Origin: Octopus sinensis | Taxonomy: Eukaryota | Reading direction: 5' to 3' | DNA length: 64,000 bases | Assembly (NCBI RefSeq): GCF_006345805.1 | Contig: NC_042998.1 | Coordinates: forward strand, 62,744,001 to 62,808,000 | Part shown: in pieces, positions 25,761-40,329 of the stretch | Layout: every line of letters starts with the position of its first letter | How positions within the stretch are numbered: position 1 is the stretch's first letter | The notes under the pieces: generated by a model | The model's database searches: none | What the model saw: the letters and a program-made list of their open reading frames with translations, nothing else | Told to the model about the DNA's origin: nothing | Translations under genes and position numbers: made by a program

Positions 25761-28044
25761 ATGTATATGCGTGTGTCTGTATAGTACTGTGGTTGGAATA
25801 TTTCTCTTATATTTCTTTGCGTGTTCAACGCAAACATTTCTTTGTGTATTTAACATAATTGACAAGACTCACTTGCTTAAAATAGAATGTGTTGGCTTTA
25901 TGTGTCTGTAAGTGTTGCTCGCCTCGCCCCGCTGTAACCTCAAAATATGTCAGTGAAAGTTTCTTTCAGACAGTCCGTGCTATGTTACTTACGATGGTGT
26001 ATTATACCACTCTATGGTACCTACTCTTCGCGAAGTAGACGGGGCTCATCGCAACGAAGTTTATTGGCCCTGGATATATAATATTACAGGTATAACAACA
26101 ATAGTAGTATATTTCACATGTAGCTGTATGCTTCTACATATGTCTTTAGTCTTAATGTAATAAAGGTAAATATTGAACACGCGGGTGTACGCTGATCAGG
26201 TAATCGGATCCACGATTAGAGGTATTAGAACGATAACCATCCTGCCTTAGTTTTCAGGAACAGAATGCCACAGGTTTTAGCTCTTTCAAGAAAACTAAGC
26301 TCTGGAATGGATGTTTAAACTATAGACTTGCGAGCAAAGTTAAATATCATCAGAGATTGCGCGTCTAGCATTTATAGTGAGTAACATTGTTTCTTTTGGG
26401 ATTCTCTTAGAATAACATGTTGTGTGTGGGTGAAATAAATGTTGAAGATGTTTTGCCATAAGCAGAGACTAGAAGAACTTGCTAAAAACTTTGCAATATC
26501 TTTCTCTTAATGGTAATGTTAACTATAGAATTACTGGAAACAGTTCTGTATCGTCAAGAATGAAATCAAGACCAGTAGTGGTTCACTTTTTAACCTCTAC
26601 TCTTCAATTGAGTGAGGTAACGATGACTGAAATTGCCTTCACCTTCAATCAGATAGACAGATAGGTTATTCAGTACAGAGAAGAAGAAGTGAGAGAGAGA
26701 GAGAGAGAGAAAGGGTGAGAGGGAGAAAGCGAGAGCGTAGGTAGGCAAGTAGATAGATAAGTGAATAAAATATGAACTAGTTTGCCCTAAACAGTGACTG
26801 TAGGAGCTACTTAAATATGACGCAATCACTTCTTCTTGATGGTGGTTAAGGCTATCGTAGTGTTGGTAACTGTTCTGTGAAGTCAACTGTTATCCCAGGG
26901 TCAGAAAAGTTTCACTCCTTATCCTTTACGTTTCGTCTGAGTGGGTCAAGTAGGAATGAAATGACCTTGGCCGTCAGACGTTTCCAACTGCGATCGCGTG
27001 TCAAGTGCCACCACATTGATCTGGTCTCAGCTACTAAACTATTTCCCTATTGGCTTTCTTCACTTATTTGGATTCTAATTCAATCTTTCGTTAGAAACAT
27101 TATAGATCATGCTGAGAAACTGTGACTATCGACCTCGACGATGATAAAGTCAACGAGGTATGGTGTATTTCTTAATACTTTTAAGTCATTTCTTAATGGT
27201 GACTGATATTAATCATTTCCTACTTGCTACGTAGACGTTTGACATTGGCTCAGCTACACTTCTGTCTTTTGAACTTACGTTGTACTTTGTGCATTGGTAT
27301 TTTCAATTATAAAATATTACAATAGTTTATAAACATTCATACAAATCATGTTAATTTGTAATATCGTCAAGTTTTAAAGTGTTAGATTTTGATGAATGTC
27401 GAGATTTACCATTATAAGTGATTTGATGAGAACCGTTCGTAGTTTCTGGACAGCCGTAGGTTATTTCAGTATTCAAATAACAATCTTCTCAGATTCCTTT
27501 GTAAAAGCGGCTATTGAAAGTTTCGGCTTACGTAGCAGCTAATGTTGTTGTTGGACATATTGTTGCTCTAGTAAACAGTTTTATATCAAACTGAGAGAGA
27601 AAACAAATATTGACTGAGTTATACTGTTACATAGGACATCTTGGTACGAAAACATGGTCAACTTCTATATAATTTAAATGGATTTCACAGGAAGACGTCT
27701 ATAGATGTGTGATTATTCAGGGGCATTGATCGGAAAGAAATTTTGTTTTACTTGAGTACAATTGTGTCCCTTTGCTTTTGGAGTGGCTGTTGTGTAGCAT
27801 GTTTGTAGGGAATTGGTTGTGTTATTGAATCACATCTCTATGCACAGTGATACAGAATTATGTCGCTGGATGATCTATAACGGGAAACTATACGAGAGAA
27901 TTAAGGATGGAGAATCTACGGGAACTCGCGACATGCTGGAAATAGCAAGCGAGCCTCACTTAGATTGCACCCGACTATTTTAACTCTAAAAAGATGTCAG
28001 GGTCACAGCTGAGAATGTCATAGCAAAATCAACAAAAACAACTG

Positions 28045-28210
28045 CACTTCCTCTTCCAACTCCTTCTCTCCTGCCCCACTTCTCTTCCAACTCCTTCTCT
28101 CCTGCCCCACTTCTCTTCCTCTTCTCCTCCCCTTCTCCTCCTCTTCTCCTCCTCCTTCTCCTCCCCTTTCCCCTCCTTCTTTTCCACCTCCTCCTCTCCT
28201 CCTCCTCGTT
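28045..28210. repeat. Polypyrimidine tract with a ~31-bp tandem duplication
   Basis: CTCTTCCAACTCCTTCTCTCCTGCCCCACTT occurs twice, followed by CCT/CTT repeats. Confidence 0.85.
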
Positions 28211-28374
28211 AAGCTCTTCTGTTTTTACTCAATTTAAATTCCAGTTTTGTCACTCCTGTTTTTCATGACCAGACTAAATCATTGAGATACATAACGGAGT
28301 CATTCTTTACAGATGTAAATTCAATTGATTGAAATATTGAGAATATTACATCAAGTAATATTAACAAGATTGAT

Positions 28375-28808
28375 ATTGGTTCGGCTTCAAATTTTGGCAC
28401 AAAGCCAGAAATATCGGAGGAAGACGTAAGTCGATGAAATCGACTCCAGTGTTCAGCTGGTACTCATTTCATCAACGCCGATGAAATGAAAGGCAAAGTC
28501 GACCTCTGTAGAATTTGAACTCAGGATGTAAAGACGGACGAAATACCGCTAATCATTTTGCACAGCATGCTAGTGCTTCTTCCAGCTCATAAAGCTTTAA
28601 AATTTTGAGACAAGGCCAGCAGATTTAGAAGAAGGGTTACGTCGATTTCATCAAACCTAGTACTCACAAAGTACTTATTTTATCGACCTTGAAAGGATGA
28701 AAGGCAAAGTCAATCCGGGGGGCATTTGAACTCAGAACAAAGGTGGTCAAAGTAACGCTAAGCATTTTACCCGGCCTGGTAAAGATTCTGCCAGCTCGCC
28801 GCCTTAAG
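28375..28808 (-). mobile_element. Two co-oriented degenerate SINE family A copies
   Basis: GAAAGGCAAAGTC...ATTTGAACTCAG occurs twice. Confidence 0.8.
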
Positions 28809-28849
28809 GACGACTTTCATATAAATTTTTACATGCACGTGCATAAACA

Positions 28850-28890
<41 letters not shown>

Positions 28891-29419
28891 TGCTCACAAA
28901 CACAGTTGCACGTATATATATATACTGGGTGCGGTGAATAAACCGTCGTCTAAATTACGCACAAAATGAAACTAACACTGACATCTCATTTTAACAGATA
29001 TATTTACCAAAATTACATAGAAACATTTCTTTCGGTCTGTCGTACAGATTAGATGCATTCTTGTCTGTCTCCTCTCATATCTTTCTCCTGTCAAAGAATG
29101 TTCCTCCAGCGTTCGCCACCTTGCGTCGTCTGGCTTAGCAGCCCTCACTCTTTGTTTTCACAGTCCTGTTTTTGTCACCAGCTTTGACCATCCGCAAATC
29201 CTGAATTGCATTTTGATTTGCGGGAGCAATTGTGTTCTCGAAGGTACATATTGTCGGGAATTGCTCGAAATGTGGAGTAGAAAACAGCCGACAACTGATG
29301 AAGGATCGTTCTTTATGTTATTTGTCTTCTTTTCCATTTGTTTCTCTCGTCGTTCGCATAAAAATGTTTGTCTTCGTATTTCATGTTGTTTACGTTTTGT
29401 AACGTCCTGTACACATATA

Positions 29420-29975
<556 letters not shown>

Positions 29976-30448
29976 CGCACACACACATGTACACACATTC
30001 AATGAATTTATATACAGAATTTATATACATATTCCTTATCCAGTTTTCACAGACAAAGATCTTTCCCAGGTACCGCACCGTAGCTAATAACTGGGCGCCA
30101 CTTTGTTGGTTGTGAAGGAACCGATTTAACTACACAATCTTATCAGTAGCCCCCATTCCAATATGCTCCATTTCATTGCAGTACAATATAATATAAAGTG
30201 AGAGTGTACAGCTGTTTAGTATTGTATAAAAGCGTAGCGTCTGGTGTATTGGATTGTAGGAAAATATTTGGAAGAGTTCCAATATTTCTTTGGTCTAATA
30301 GAGATGTTAATATTGCTCTGAGCCAATGGAAATTATTTCAGTATTATTTCAATATATTCACAAAACCGCTTGATCCGTTTAGTTTGTAGAATATATGTTT
30401 CTATCTGGCACCATGTTGTTGGTAGAAACATTTACTACTTGGTGCTGA

Positions 30449-30480
<32 letters not shown>

Positions 30481-30540
30481 ACACACTCACACACTCAAAG
30501 AACTTCTGCTTGATTGATGTTCTCTTTTACACTTTTACCC

Positions 30541-30917
30541 TTTTACTTTTTTCAGCCATTTGACTGTGGCCATGCTGGAGCACTGCCTTTAGTCGAGAAT
30601 ATCGACCCCAGGACTTGTTCTTTGTCAGCCTAGTACTTATCCTGTCGGTCTATTATGCCGAACAGCTAAGTTACGGGGACACACCAGCATCGGTTGTCAA
30701 GCGATGTTGGGGGCCAAACACAGACACACAAACATCTACACACATACATATATACATATATACGACGGGCTTCTTTCAGCTTCCGTCTACTCGCTAGGCT
30801 TTGGTCGGTCCGAGGCTATAGTAGAAGACAATTGCCCAAAGTGCCACGCAGTGGGACTGAACCCGGAACCTTGTGGTTCGTAAGTAAGCTACTTACCACA
30901 CAGCCACTCCTACGCCT
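30541..30917 (-). mobile_element. CORE-SINE family C, full length
   Basis: Reverse complement of the head (CCTTGGGCAA.TG CORE-like motif) plus the tail. Confidence 0.9.
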
Positions 30918-31625
30918 GTTATACAGTATCCTTAAACAAATTTTACTCGTAAAGATCTTGTCTAGGTGCCACACAGTAGCACATAACTCGGAGCAGAATA
31001 TTGATTAAATTCATATTTCGATGGTCTCTGGTTCAACAAGATTTTTGTCCACCCAACATCGATGAAACAGAAAAGGTCCTGAGCGGAATAAAATGGAAGG
31101 TCCATTTTTTTTTAGATAAATGTATTGCAGACACCATTCAGAGGACAGTTACGGTTTGAGATCTTACAAAGATCTACCACATATTAAAAACCTTGTAAAA
31201 TTGCAAAACTAGTTAGAAATGTAGAATTTAACCATAAATCTAATAACTTCTAACATACTCTACAAACATACCTTGAACCTTTCAAATTATCACCAAATAG
31301 GTTATCAAAGCAGACAAAGCAAAAAAGTATTTGTGAAGTAAACAACAAATTTAACTACAAACGGATGAGAGAAAGAGTTCTGAATACATGCTGTGGAGTG
31401 TAATTATTAAATGTATTCGACTGACTAACTATACACCAGTACTCAGACGTTCCACGTCCTACACATTTCGTCAGACAGTAGTAACATAATTGGCAGCAGC
31501 CAAATTAGTTCTAGATATATACAGACATCCATGTGCATAGTCATCCATCCATGCATTTACACACACAAGCAGAAACACACAGACACATATACACAGGTAC
31601 ACGCACATATATTTATTTATGTACA

Positions 31626-31664
<39 letters not shown>

Positions 31665-31904
31665 GTCTATATGTGTAAATTTGTGTGTGCACATATATGT
31701 TGATCACTTTTAAGGTTATCTCTATACTTTCTATAGAAATTAGAGCCAGCACTGAATGTTCCGACGTTTCGTATACGAACACGTCTATATAAACAAAGCG
31801 ATCGAAGACAGAAAAATAGGCAATGGGTATATATGACTATTTTAGGAATTATTGTTTTGTCTTCAGCACCAAACACAACCCGTTAACTATCCATGAACAC
31901 ATTA

Positions 31905-32417
<513 letters not shown>

Positions 32418-32582
32418 TGTTTAAATACCCACTATGTTTAGCAGTGTAACTAAGTTTAGCGGTATAAATTGGATGAACCAATTTACATATTAAATACACT
32501 CCTGGCAATGGTTCGTACATATTAGTTGCTGGTAGGGACACCGTATTTCGTTTTGCAGCCGTAATATGCTAGTAGGTCTACT

Positions 32583-32733
32583 ATGGCTATGTGTGAGAAG
32601 TTAGGTTCCCAACAAAATGGTTCTGAGTTCAGTCCCACTGCATGGCACCTTGGGCGAGTATCTTGTACTACAGCCTCGCGTCGACCAAAGCCTTTTGAGT
32701 AGATTCGATAGGAGGAAATTGAAAGAATTCCGT

Positions 32734-32776
<43 letters not shown>

Positions 32777-33018
32777 AATGAAATAAAAACAGAACACAAA
32801 GGATGTCGCGGTACACATGTTTCGAGCTTTATAAAACAACTTATTCTTACATCAATGTACAATCGACATAACAGATAGTTTAAAGCCCTCTTCAGCCGCA
32901 TGCAATTGCTACACCAAAGACTTGTATCACATTATGAAAGGTCTGAGAAAGAACATTTGGTATTATTTATAATGGTAGGTAAATTGAGTAGCACTGAGAA
33001 AGTATGTATATATATATG

Positions 33019-33100
<82 letters not shown>

Positions 33101-33618
33101 ATATAAATACGACTACGAGGGTCCCAGCTGATACGATCAACGGACAGCTTGCTCGTGAAATTAACGTGCAAGTGACTGAGCACTCCACAGACACGTGTAC
33201 GCTTCACATAGTTCTCGGGGGAGATTCAAAATGGCAAATGATCTGGCACAATGGGAAATAAAGTGTCTTGATCATGGACACAACGCATCACCAGGAATTG
33301 AACTCACGACCTTAGGATCGGAGGCCAAATGCCCTAACCATGCACACACAATGTACACACTCACACACACACATACGTATATGCATGTATGTATGTATAT
33401 ATTTATATATATGTGTATGTGTATGTGCATATTTGTGTGTCTGTGCTTGTCCCTCCACCATCACTTGGCACCGATGTTGGTGTCTTTAGGTCCCTCTAAC
33501 TTTGCGATAGAATAAGTATTAGGATTTCAAAAGAATAAGTCCTGGGGTCGATTTGTTCGACTAAAGGCGATACTACAGCATGGCCGCAGTCAAAATGACT
33601 GAAACAAGTAAAAGAGAG
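32583..33618 (+). mobile_element. CORE-SINE family C split by nested inserts (hammerhead repeat ~32790-32960; family E SINE minus ~33108-33340)
   Basis: Head 32583-32736 and tail ~33435-33618. Confidence 0.8.
32807..32900 (-). ncRNA. Minimal type I hammerhead ribozyme with fully canonical core
   Basis: Minus strand: GCGG-CUGAAGA-GGGCUUUA-(49-nt loop)-UAAAGCUC-GAAA-CA-UG-UGUA|CCGC. Predicted cleavage 3' of the A at 32812. Confidence 0.85.
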
Positions 33619-33818
33619 TAAACCCATTACCTATATTTCTATCTTCGATCGCATTGTTTACAAGGACGTATTCGTATACGAAACGTCGTAACTTTCAATG
33701 ATAGCTCTAAATTATATAGTAAACCTGTAGGGATAAACTTCAAAGCGATTGTATCGCAATGCTAACACAGTTAGGATGCAATATTATTTATAGATCTTCA
33801 ATATTTTTAGTGATATTT

Positions 33819-34031
33819 AAGGCGACGAGATAACAGAAACGTTAGCACTCCGGGTGAAATGCTTAAAAGTATTTCGTCTGTCTTTATGTTCTGGGTTCAA
33901 ATTCCACCGAGGTCGACTTTGCCTTTCATCGTTTCGGGATCGATAAATTAAGGACCAGTTGCCTACTGGAGTCAATCTAATCGACTGCTCCCCTCCCCAA
34001 AAATTTCGGGCCTTGTGCCTAGAGCTAGAAA
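33819..34031 (+). mobile_element. SINE family A copy
   Basis: Family A head, core and tail. Confidence 0.85.
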
Positions 34032-34436
34032 TGAATATTTTTGGTGGACTATCATGGATGCAAAATGAAATAAGCGTCCCTGTCAACGATTAATATATAT
34101 GAATATGTGTACATATGTGTGTGTTTGCGCGTGCATGTCTGAGAGTGTTAAAGGAAAACAAATAATGAGACATTTAAAGCCATAGAGAAATAATTTTTGA
34201 TTTACAGGATTCATCACGATTTTCAGTGTAGACAGAAAGTAGCGTGTTGAGAATTGGGACTTCGAATGAGAAAGGGAGATAATTTGAAGAATTATGAATT
34301 CTCCAGAATTGGCCTTCCATTAAGGGAACAACAGTAAATACGTCCTGAGAGATGAGGACAATTGAAGACAAAAGTTAAACATACACAAAAGCGCCCTCAC
34401 ACATGCACACATATATACACATATTCATATACCCTC

Positions 34437-34480
<44 letters not shown>

Positions 34481-34670
34481 CATACATACACAACACACAT
34501 ATGTATACACACACATAGGCTTATATTCTTTTATATCCTTCGGTCATGCGTCTGCGGTCATGCTGGAACATCGCGGTAATATACATATGTATATCTATTT
34601 GTATGTATATGCATTATATATATATACGCATACAGACAAATACATATACATGCATGCACATGTATATAAT

Positions 34671-34733
<63 letters not shown>

Positions 34734-34903
34734 TTTGTAAATGGATATCCCACAGCTGTCATTTCCAGTCCTTATCTTAGAAACCATCACCTCGTTGTAT
34801 ACGAAATTTAACAAGGACAGTATTTTAGAATGCGTTTGGGTACCTGAAGGGCTTTGAAATTTAGTTCGGAAAGAATAATTACAAAAAACTACACACACAC
34901 ACA

Positions 34904-34943
<40 letters not shown>

Positions 34944-35578
34944 ACACGTACAAACTCACACACACAGACACACACATATATATACTTTACACACAAATAC
35001 ACACATTTCTATTGGGAAAAAAAAGACCAAGTATAAATGTTAAAAAGAGGAGTAATTCCGAATGTTTAGGGGCAGCATAGATAATAAGTTCCGGTTTTGA
35101 AAGATATTTATTTCGTTTCATGAATACTAAAATGATGTAGGCTTTGCTTTTGTTTATCATCCAAGCAAATTTTAAACAAAACAGAATTGTGTTTTGCCTT
35201 CCGCATATTCAATAGATCTTTCCAATTTAGTTGTTTCCAGTATAAAAATAAAGGGGAATGAAAACACACACACACACACACGCGCATATATGTACGTCAA
35301 TGCATGTGTGTATGTTTATAGTGTTGTATGTGTAGATGTGTGTGTGTGTGTTTGTGTGTATAATGAAAATGAAATGAAAATAAATGAAGGAAGCTAATTT
35401 AATTAGGATTTTTCGAGAAACAGTAAAGTCAAACTAATTAAGTTACGTCGATACATACACATATATACTCGTAAATACATACATACATACATACATACAC
35501 ACACACATATATATATACGCACAAAAACATATATGCGCGTATATGCATGGCATATTCAATTTTAAATTTATAAGAATA

Positions 35579-35639
<61 letters not shown>

Positions 35640-36044
35640 ATATATACATACATACACACACACACATACACACACACACATATATATAGGTGTTTGTTGT
35701 TGTGTGTGTATATATATATATATACGTATATATGTGTATGCGTGTGTATGTATGTATGGTTCAGGTTTAGATTTGTTAAGAAGTGCGCTTGGAAACCACA
35801 GGTTCACGTGCAACATTGTCAGGTATGTTCTTCTGGCCCGTAAATTCTTCTAAAGCCTTGTGAATTACTGTGATATACGGTAGATACGCGTAAGCCACCG
35901 CCACGCGTACTATGCTGGAGCAAACGAATCGACCGCATGGCTTCTTTGATTGTAGGGTGTCAATGTTGGTGAACCTCAAAATTACGGGGATGTAAATAAA
36001 CCAACACCGATTATCTAGCGAGGTAGGAGGCAAAAAACAGACAC

Positions 36045-36354
36045 ACGTTCTGAGTTCAAATTCCGCCGAGGTCGACTTTGCCTTTCATCCTTTCGGGGTC
36101 GATAAATTAAGTACAAGTTACGCACTGGGGTCGATACAATCGACTTAAGCCATTTGTCTGTCCTTGTTTGTCCCCTCTGTGTTTAGCCCCTTATAGGTAG
36201 TAAAGAAATGGGTATTTCGTCTGCCGCTACGTTCTGAGATCGAATTTCGCCGAGGCTGACTTTGCCTTTCATCCTTTCGGGTATCGATTAAATAAGTACC
36301 AGTTACGCACTGGGGTCGATAAAATCGACTTAATCCGTTTGTCTGTCCTTGTTT
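36045..36354 (+). mobile_element. Dimeric SINE family A copy
   Basis: Two cores with the recurrent dimer junction at ~36200-36225. Confidence 0.85.
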
Positions 36355-36614
36355 AAAGCAGAAACAGCTCCTACAAATTTCAAGAAGTCTTTGGACTAAT
36401 TCCTTCGAAAAATCCCGGATAAATCTCCTACACTCGGATATGTCTCCAAAAAACATAACTCGCTCCACGAGTGGGCCATGTTGTCCGATTCCTGATTTGA
36501 ATGACTTTGCCAGGTGGTGCTATTAAGTTAGACAAGGTCTGGACCAATGCTGGCTGAAACCTATCAAAGTATCAAAGTAGCAAAGTATACATGTATGCAT
36601 AATACATACATAGA

Positions 36615-36653
36615 AGCATCGGTTTTCAAGCGATGTTAATGGGTGGGGGGGGG

Positions 36654-36692
<39 letters not shown>

Positions 36693-36866
36693 ACACACAC
36701 ACATATATATATACGACGGTTATTCTTTCAGTTTTCGTCTACTAAATTCACTCACAAAGTTTTGGTCGGCCCGAGGCAATAGTAGAAGACACTTGCCCAA
36801 GGTGCCACGCAGTGGGATTGAACCCAGAACCATGTGGTTGGTAAGCAAGCTACTTACCACACAGCC
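36615..36866 (-). mobile_element. CORE-SINE family C copy
   Basis: ACTTGCCCAAGGTGCCACGCAGTGGGA (CORE motif, reverse). Confidence 0.9.
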
Positions 36867-36869
36867 TTG

Positions 36870-38341
36870 TATTAAGCCACTCCAATGTTTTGTGGTTGTG
36901 CTATCTCAATGTTAATGAAATTCGTGCACATGTTAGATTACGGCATATTTCACAATATAGATTAGTTTGAATATATGTTTGACCCTCCTTAAGCATAAGT
37001 TACCACTTTTGTACTGTACAGTACGTATGTAACCAATTATGAGTAAGATCAACGTCCAAAATTAACTTATGTTTCATTTATTTTTTCAGAGTTTTATGCT
37101 AAAATACGTTGTTGATACAGTTAATAAACAGTAAAATGAAGATGGAATGTCTCAAAGGCAAATTCCGCAGAAGATGAAATGTTCTCGATGTGCAGTACAA
37201 ACGACTCTCAAGCTCGTCAGAGAGACAAAAAGATGTGAAGACTATACAAAGAACCGGTAGAATAACGGTTACATCACCTCGTGATGATAAAGTCATCATC
37301 CGTCAGTCGTTCAGAAACGGGAAAAAAAACATCGTTGGAGCTCTGTGCGAACTTCAACGAGGCAAGTACTTCACAAATATCAACCAGAACTGTTAGAAGA
37401 AGGCTTGTAGAGTACGGTCTGAAAGGCTGCAAGCCAGGAAGAAGCCATGGCTTTCTGAAGCGAATATGGAAAAACGTCTTCAGTGGGCCCCAAATCACTC
37501 AAATTGGACCAGTGGGCAATGGCCGAAAGTCATATGGTCTGATGAAAGTAACTATGAGGTAAGATAGTACATGTATTCAATCAACATATAAACTTAATGT
37601 AACTGGTTTGTTGCCCCAAATACATAAAAAATGTATCCAACATAAAGCTAATATTATTTTTCATGTTTGTACCCAGGTTTTCAGAACATCTGGTGCAACT
37701 TTCTTGCGTCACAGAGTTGGGGAAGCATTTAAGGCTGAACGTCTGATACCAACCGTAAAAAATGGGGGTGATTCTATCATGGTGTCAGCCTGCATGTCTA
37801 CCACAGGACCCGGAGAAATATTTTGTCAGGGAAGGGTGAATTCAGCTACCTATGTTTCTATGTTATCGGATGTTTTAGAGCCATCAGTTGCTAAATTGCA
37901 TTCTTGAGTATCGAAAAACAGTGTTATCTTTCAACAGGGCAACACTCTATGTCATACAGCAAAAATTTACTCGTCAATGGTTTGAGACACATTGTTCCCA
38001 TGGACTGGCCATCTCAAAGTCCCGATTTAAATCCTATCGAACACCTGTGGGGAACTCTTGGTGAAGCTAGCAGGAACACAACAATTAAAAATAAAGATCA
38101 TATGTTTCAAATATTGAGAGGAGAATGGAGTAAAATTGCGCCCAGCATCTGCAGGAAACCAGTTGGTTCGATGCCTAACCGTATAAAAGCGGTAATTGAT
38201 GCTAAAGATGGGTCAATCAGATATTAAAAGTAATGTATATTGTGAAATATACTATAATCTACCATGTGCACGAGTTTCATTAACATTAAGATAGCAGAAC
38301 CCCAAAACATTGGGGTGGCCTAGTACTTTTGGTCAAGGATG
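36870..38341 (+). mobile_element. Decayed Tc1 (DD34E) DNA transposon with ~100-bp TIRs and an intron in the transposase
   Basis: TIRs at 36870-36960 and 38236-38341 (the left one lacks its outer end). GMSQRQI..KCSRCAVQTTLK HTH, WPKVIWSDESNYE, PTVKNGGDSIMV, IFQQGN (D to G) and WPSQSPDLNPIEHLW motifs. Right end abuts TA repeats. Confidence 0.92.
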
Positions 38342-38354
38342 TATATATATATAT

Positions 38355-38441
<87 letters not shown>

Positions 38442-38469
38442 TGTATGTATGTATGTATGTATACGTGTG

Positions 38470-38675
38470 TCTGTATGTTTGTGTGTTTGTATTTGTTCTC
38501 CCACCATCGCTTGACAACCGATGTTGGTGTTTTTATGTACTCGTAACTTAGCGGTTCAGCAAAAGAGACCGATAGAATAAGTACTAGGCGTACAAAGAAT
38601 AAATCCTGGAGTTGATTTGTTCTACCAAAGGCGATGCTCCAGCATGGCCGCAGTCAAATAAATGAAAGAATAAAA
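38470..38675 (+). mobile_element. CORE-SINE family C tail
   Basis: CGCTTGACAACCGATG...CAGCATGGCCGCAGTCAAAT. Confidence 0.85.
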
Positions 38676-38686
38676 ATAATATACAC

Positions 38687-38745
<59 letters not shown>

Positions 38746-38883
38746 CATATTGATATGGGGAGAGAGAGAGAGAGAAATATATATATATAGTGAAAGTGAG
38801 CGATAGACAAATAGATTAGATGAGGCAGAAACGAATAAATGAACTAGTGAGGTAGAGTCAGTGAGAGAGAAAGAGGGAGAGAA

Positions 38884-38923
<40 letters not shown>

Positions 38924-39512
38924 GTGTTTATGTGTGTGTATTTCACAAACGTCATAACTGTAATATAGCCTCACCCACCCACTAATGCGTATTACGAAAG
39001 CAGATTGCATCAGACTGTGGAAGAAAATAACAGCCAAAAACAAAAAAATCAATTATTAAATAATAATATATGCATAATCAAAAGAAATCGATTATTCTAT
39101 CGATTTCTTTTCATTAAAACAGCTAATATTGATTTCTGTCATTAGCAAAAAAGTTTCGAATCTGTAAGGGTGATTTATTATCGATTTTATCGACCCCCGT
39201 CCCGCACAAAACTAATGATTATTTTATTGACCCGTAAGTAGGACAAATTGGAATCTGATCAGCATGTAGAGTGACGAAATTAATTACTGTAATTCAATTA
39301 GTCCCGTTAATTACAAATATGGTCGGTGGAGCACCATCGGTTTCGATGATAAGTGCCGTTGCTTGAATAACTGAATTCATATACGTTAAATTAACTCATT
39401 GGCAGCTGAGTATTCCGAAGTATCACCTGTGTCCTTAATGAAAGTTTTCGGTTCAGTTAACATGATGTATATTATTTGATATACCTATATTTTTCTATGT
39501 TGGTCATATATA

Positions 39513-39895
39513 TACTAGCAGTATCGCCCGGCGTTGCTCGGGTTTGTTTCGACTCTTTAGAATTGGAATTTTTGAAAAGTAAATATTTTGCATTATGTAG
39601 CTTGTTATTCTCATTAAGTGAACGTTTTTCTGGTTGAAAAATGGCCACACAACAGTCAACAAATCGTAAAAAATAGGGATCTTCATAGAAAAAAAGCATC
39701 TTTTTGATGTAAATAATTTTTGGTGTTAACATGGTCCTATTTGAATATTTTCTTTCTTCTACAGAAGGAAGAGCGAGCCTTCTTATATGATACTCTCAAT
39801 TTTGGTCAACTTGCGTCGCAGGGTCTCGGAGGAGATAGTGTTAGTTGAAGGCTACCAAACCTGCCATACACAGACAACTTCAGCTTTATATATGT
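39513..39895 (+). mobile_element. Non-autonomous Helitron/Helentron-associated (DINE-1/Lep1-like) element
   Basis: Starts TACTAGCAGTATCGCCCGGCGTTGCTCGGG and ends CAGACAACTTCAGCTTTATATAT. This architecture is typical of these rolling-circle derivatives (recall). Confidence 0.6.
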
Positions 39896-40204
39896 ATGTA
39901 TACCGGAAGTTTTTCACTTCCAGAAAAGTAGTGGAGTACAACTACTCAAGTACGTCTCCTTACATCGTGAGATCGAATCTTGATGAGTTAAACTTTATCT
40001 TAAATTAAACCTATTATCTTAATCTATCTGACCATAATCCATCCATCCATCTAAATTGGTTAATTTGTAATGTGACTGATTTTATAACATTTATTTGTTC
40101 CTTTGTTCCTATTATTCTGCACTTTTTTTTTTTTTTTTTTTGAGATGAGGAATTATTTACATTATCTACAATGGACGGATAGATACCCTCACCTTGTTTC
40201 TTAT

Positions 40205-40251
40205 AATCACAACGTTTCAGCTGGTTTACTCACCAGCCTTCATCAGGTGTT
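40205..40251 (-). ncRNA. Minimal type I hammerhead ribozyme motif
   Basis: AACAC-CUGAUGA-A-GGCUGG-loop-CCAGCU-GAAAC-GUU-GUG. Confidence 0.75.
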
Positions 40252-40283
40252 CTGATGAAGGGTTGGGTTCGAAACTCCACCAT

Positions 40284-40329
40284 AACACCCGATGAAAGCT
40301 GGAGAGTACATCAGCCGAAACGTTGTGGT
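40284..40329 (+). ncRNA. Hammerhead motif, CCGAUGA core variant, inverted relative to 40205-40251
   Basis: AACAC-CCGATGA-AA-GCTG-loop-CAGC-C-GAAAC-GTT-GTG. Confidence 0.65.

Noticed and set aside
26960-27010. GAAACGTC with a nearby palindrome on the minus strand (similar weak cases at ~29293 and ~31445-31480)
   Set aside because: No convincing CUGANGA plus stem I and stem II combination.
28922-29410. Possible Tc1/mariner-type terminus (TACTGGGTGCGGTGAATAAACC) and adjacent repeat
   Set aside because: No matching second TIR or transposase motif found in the window.
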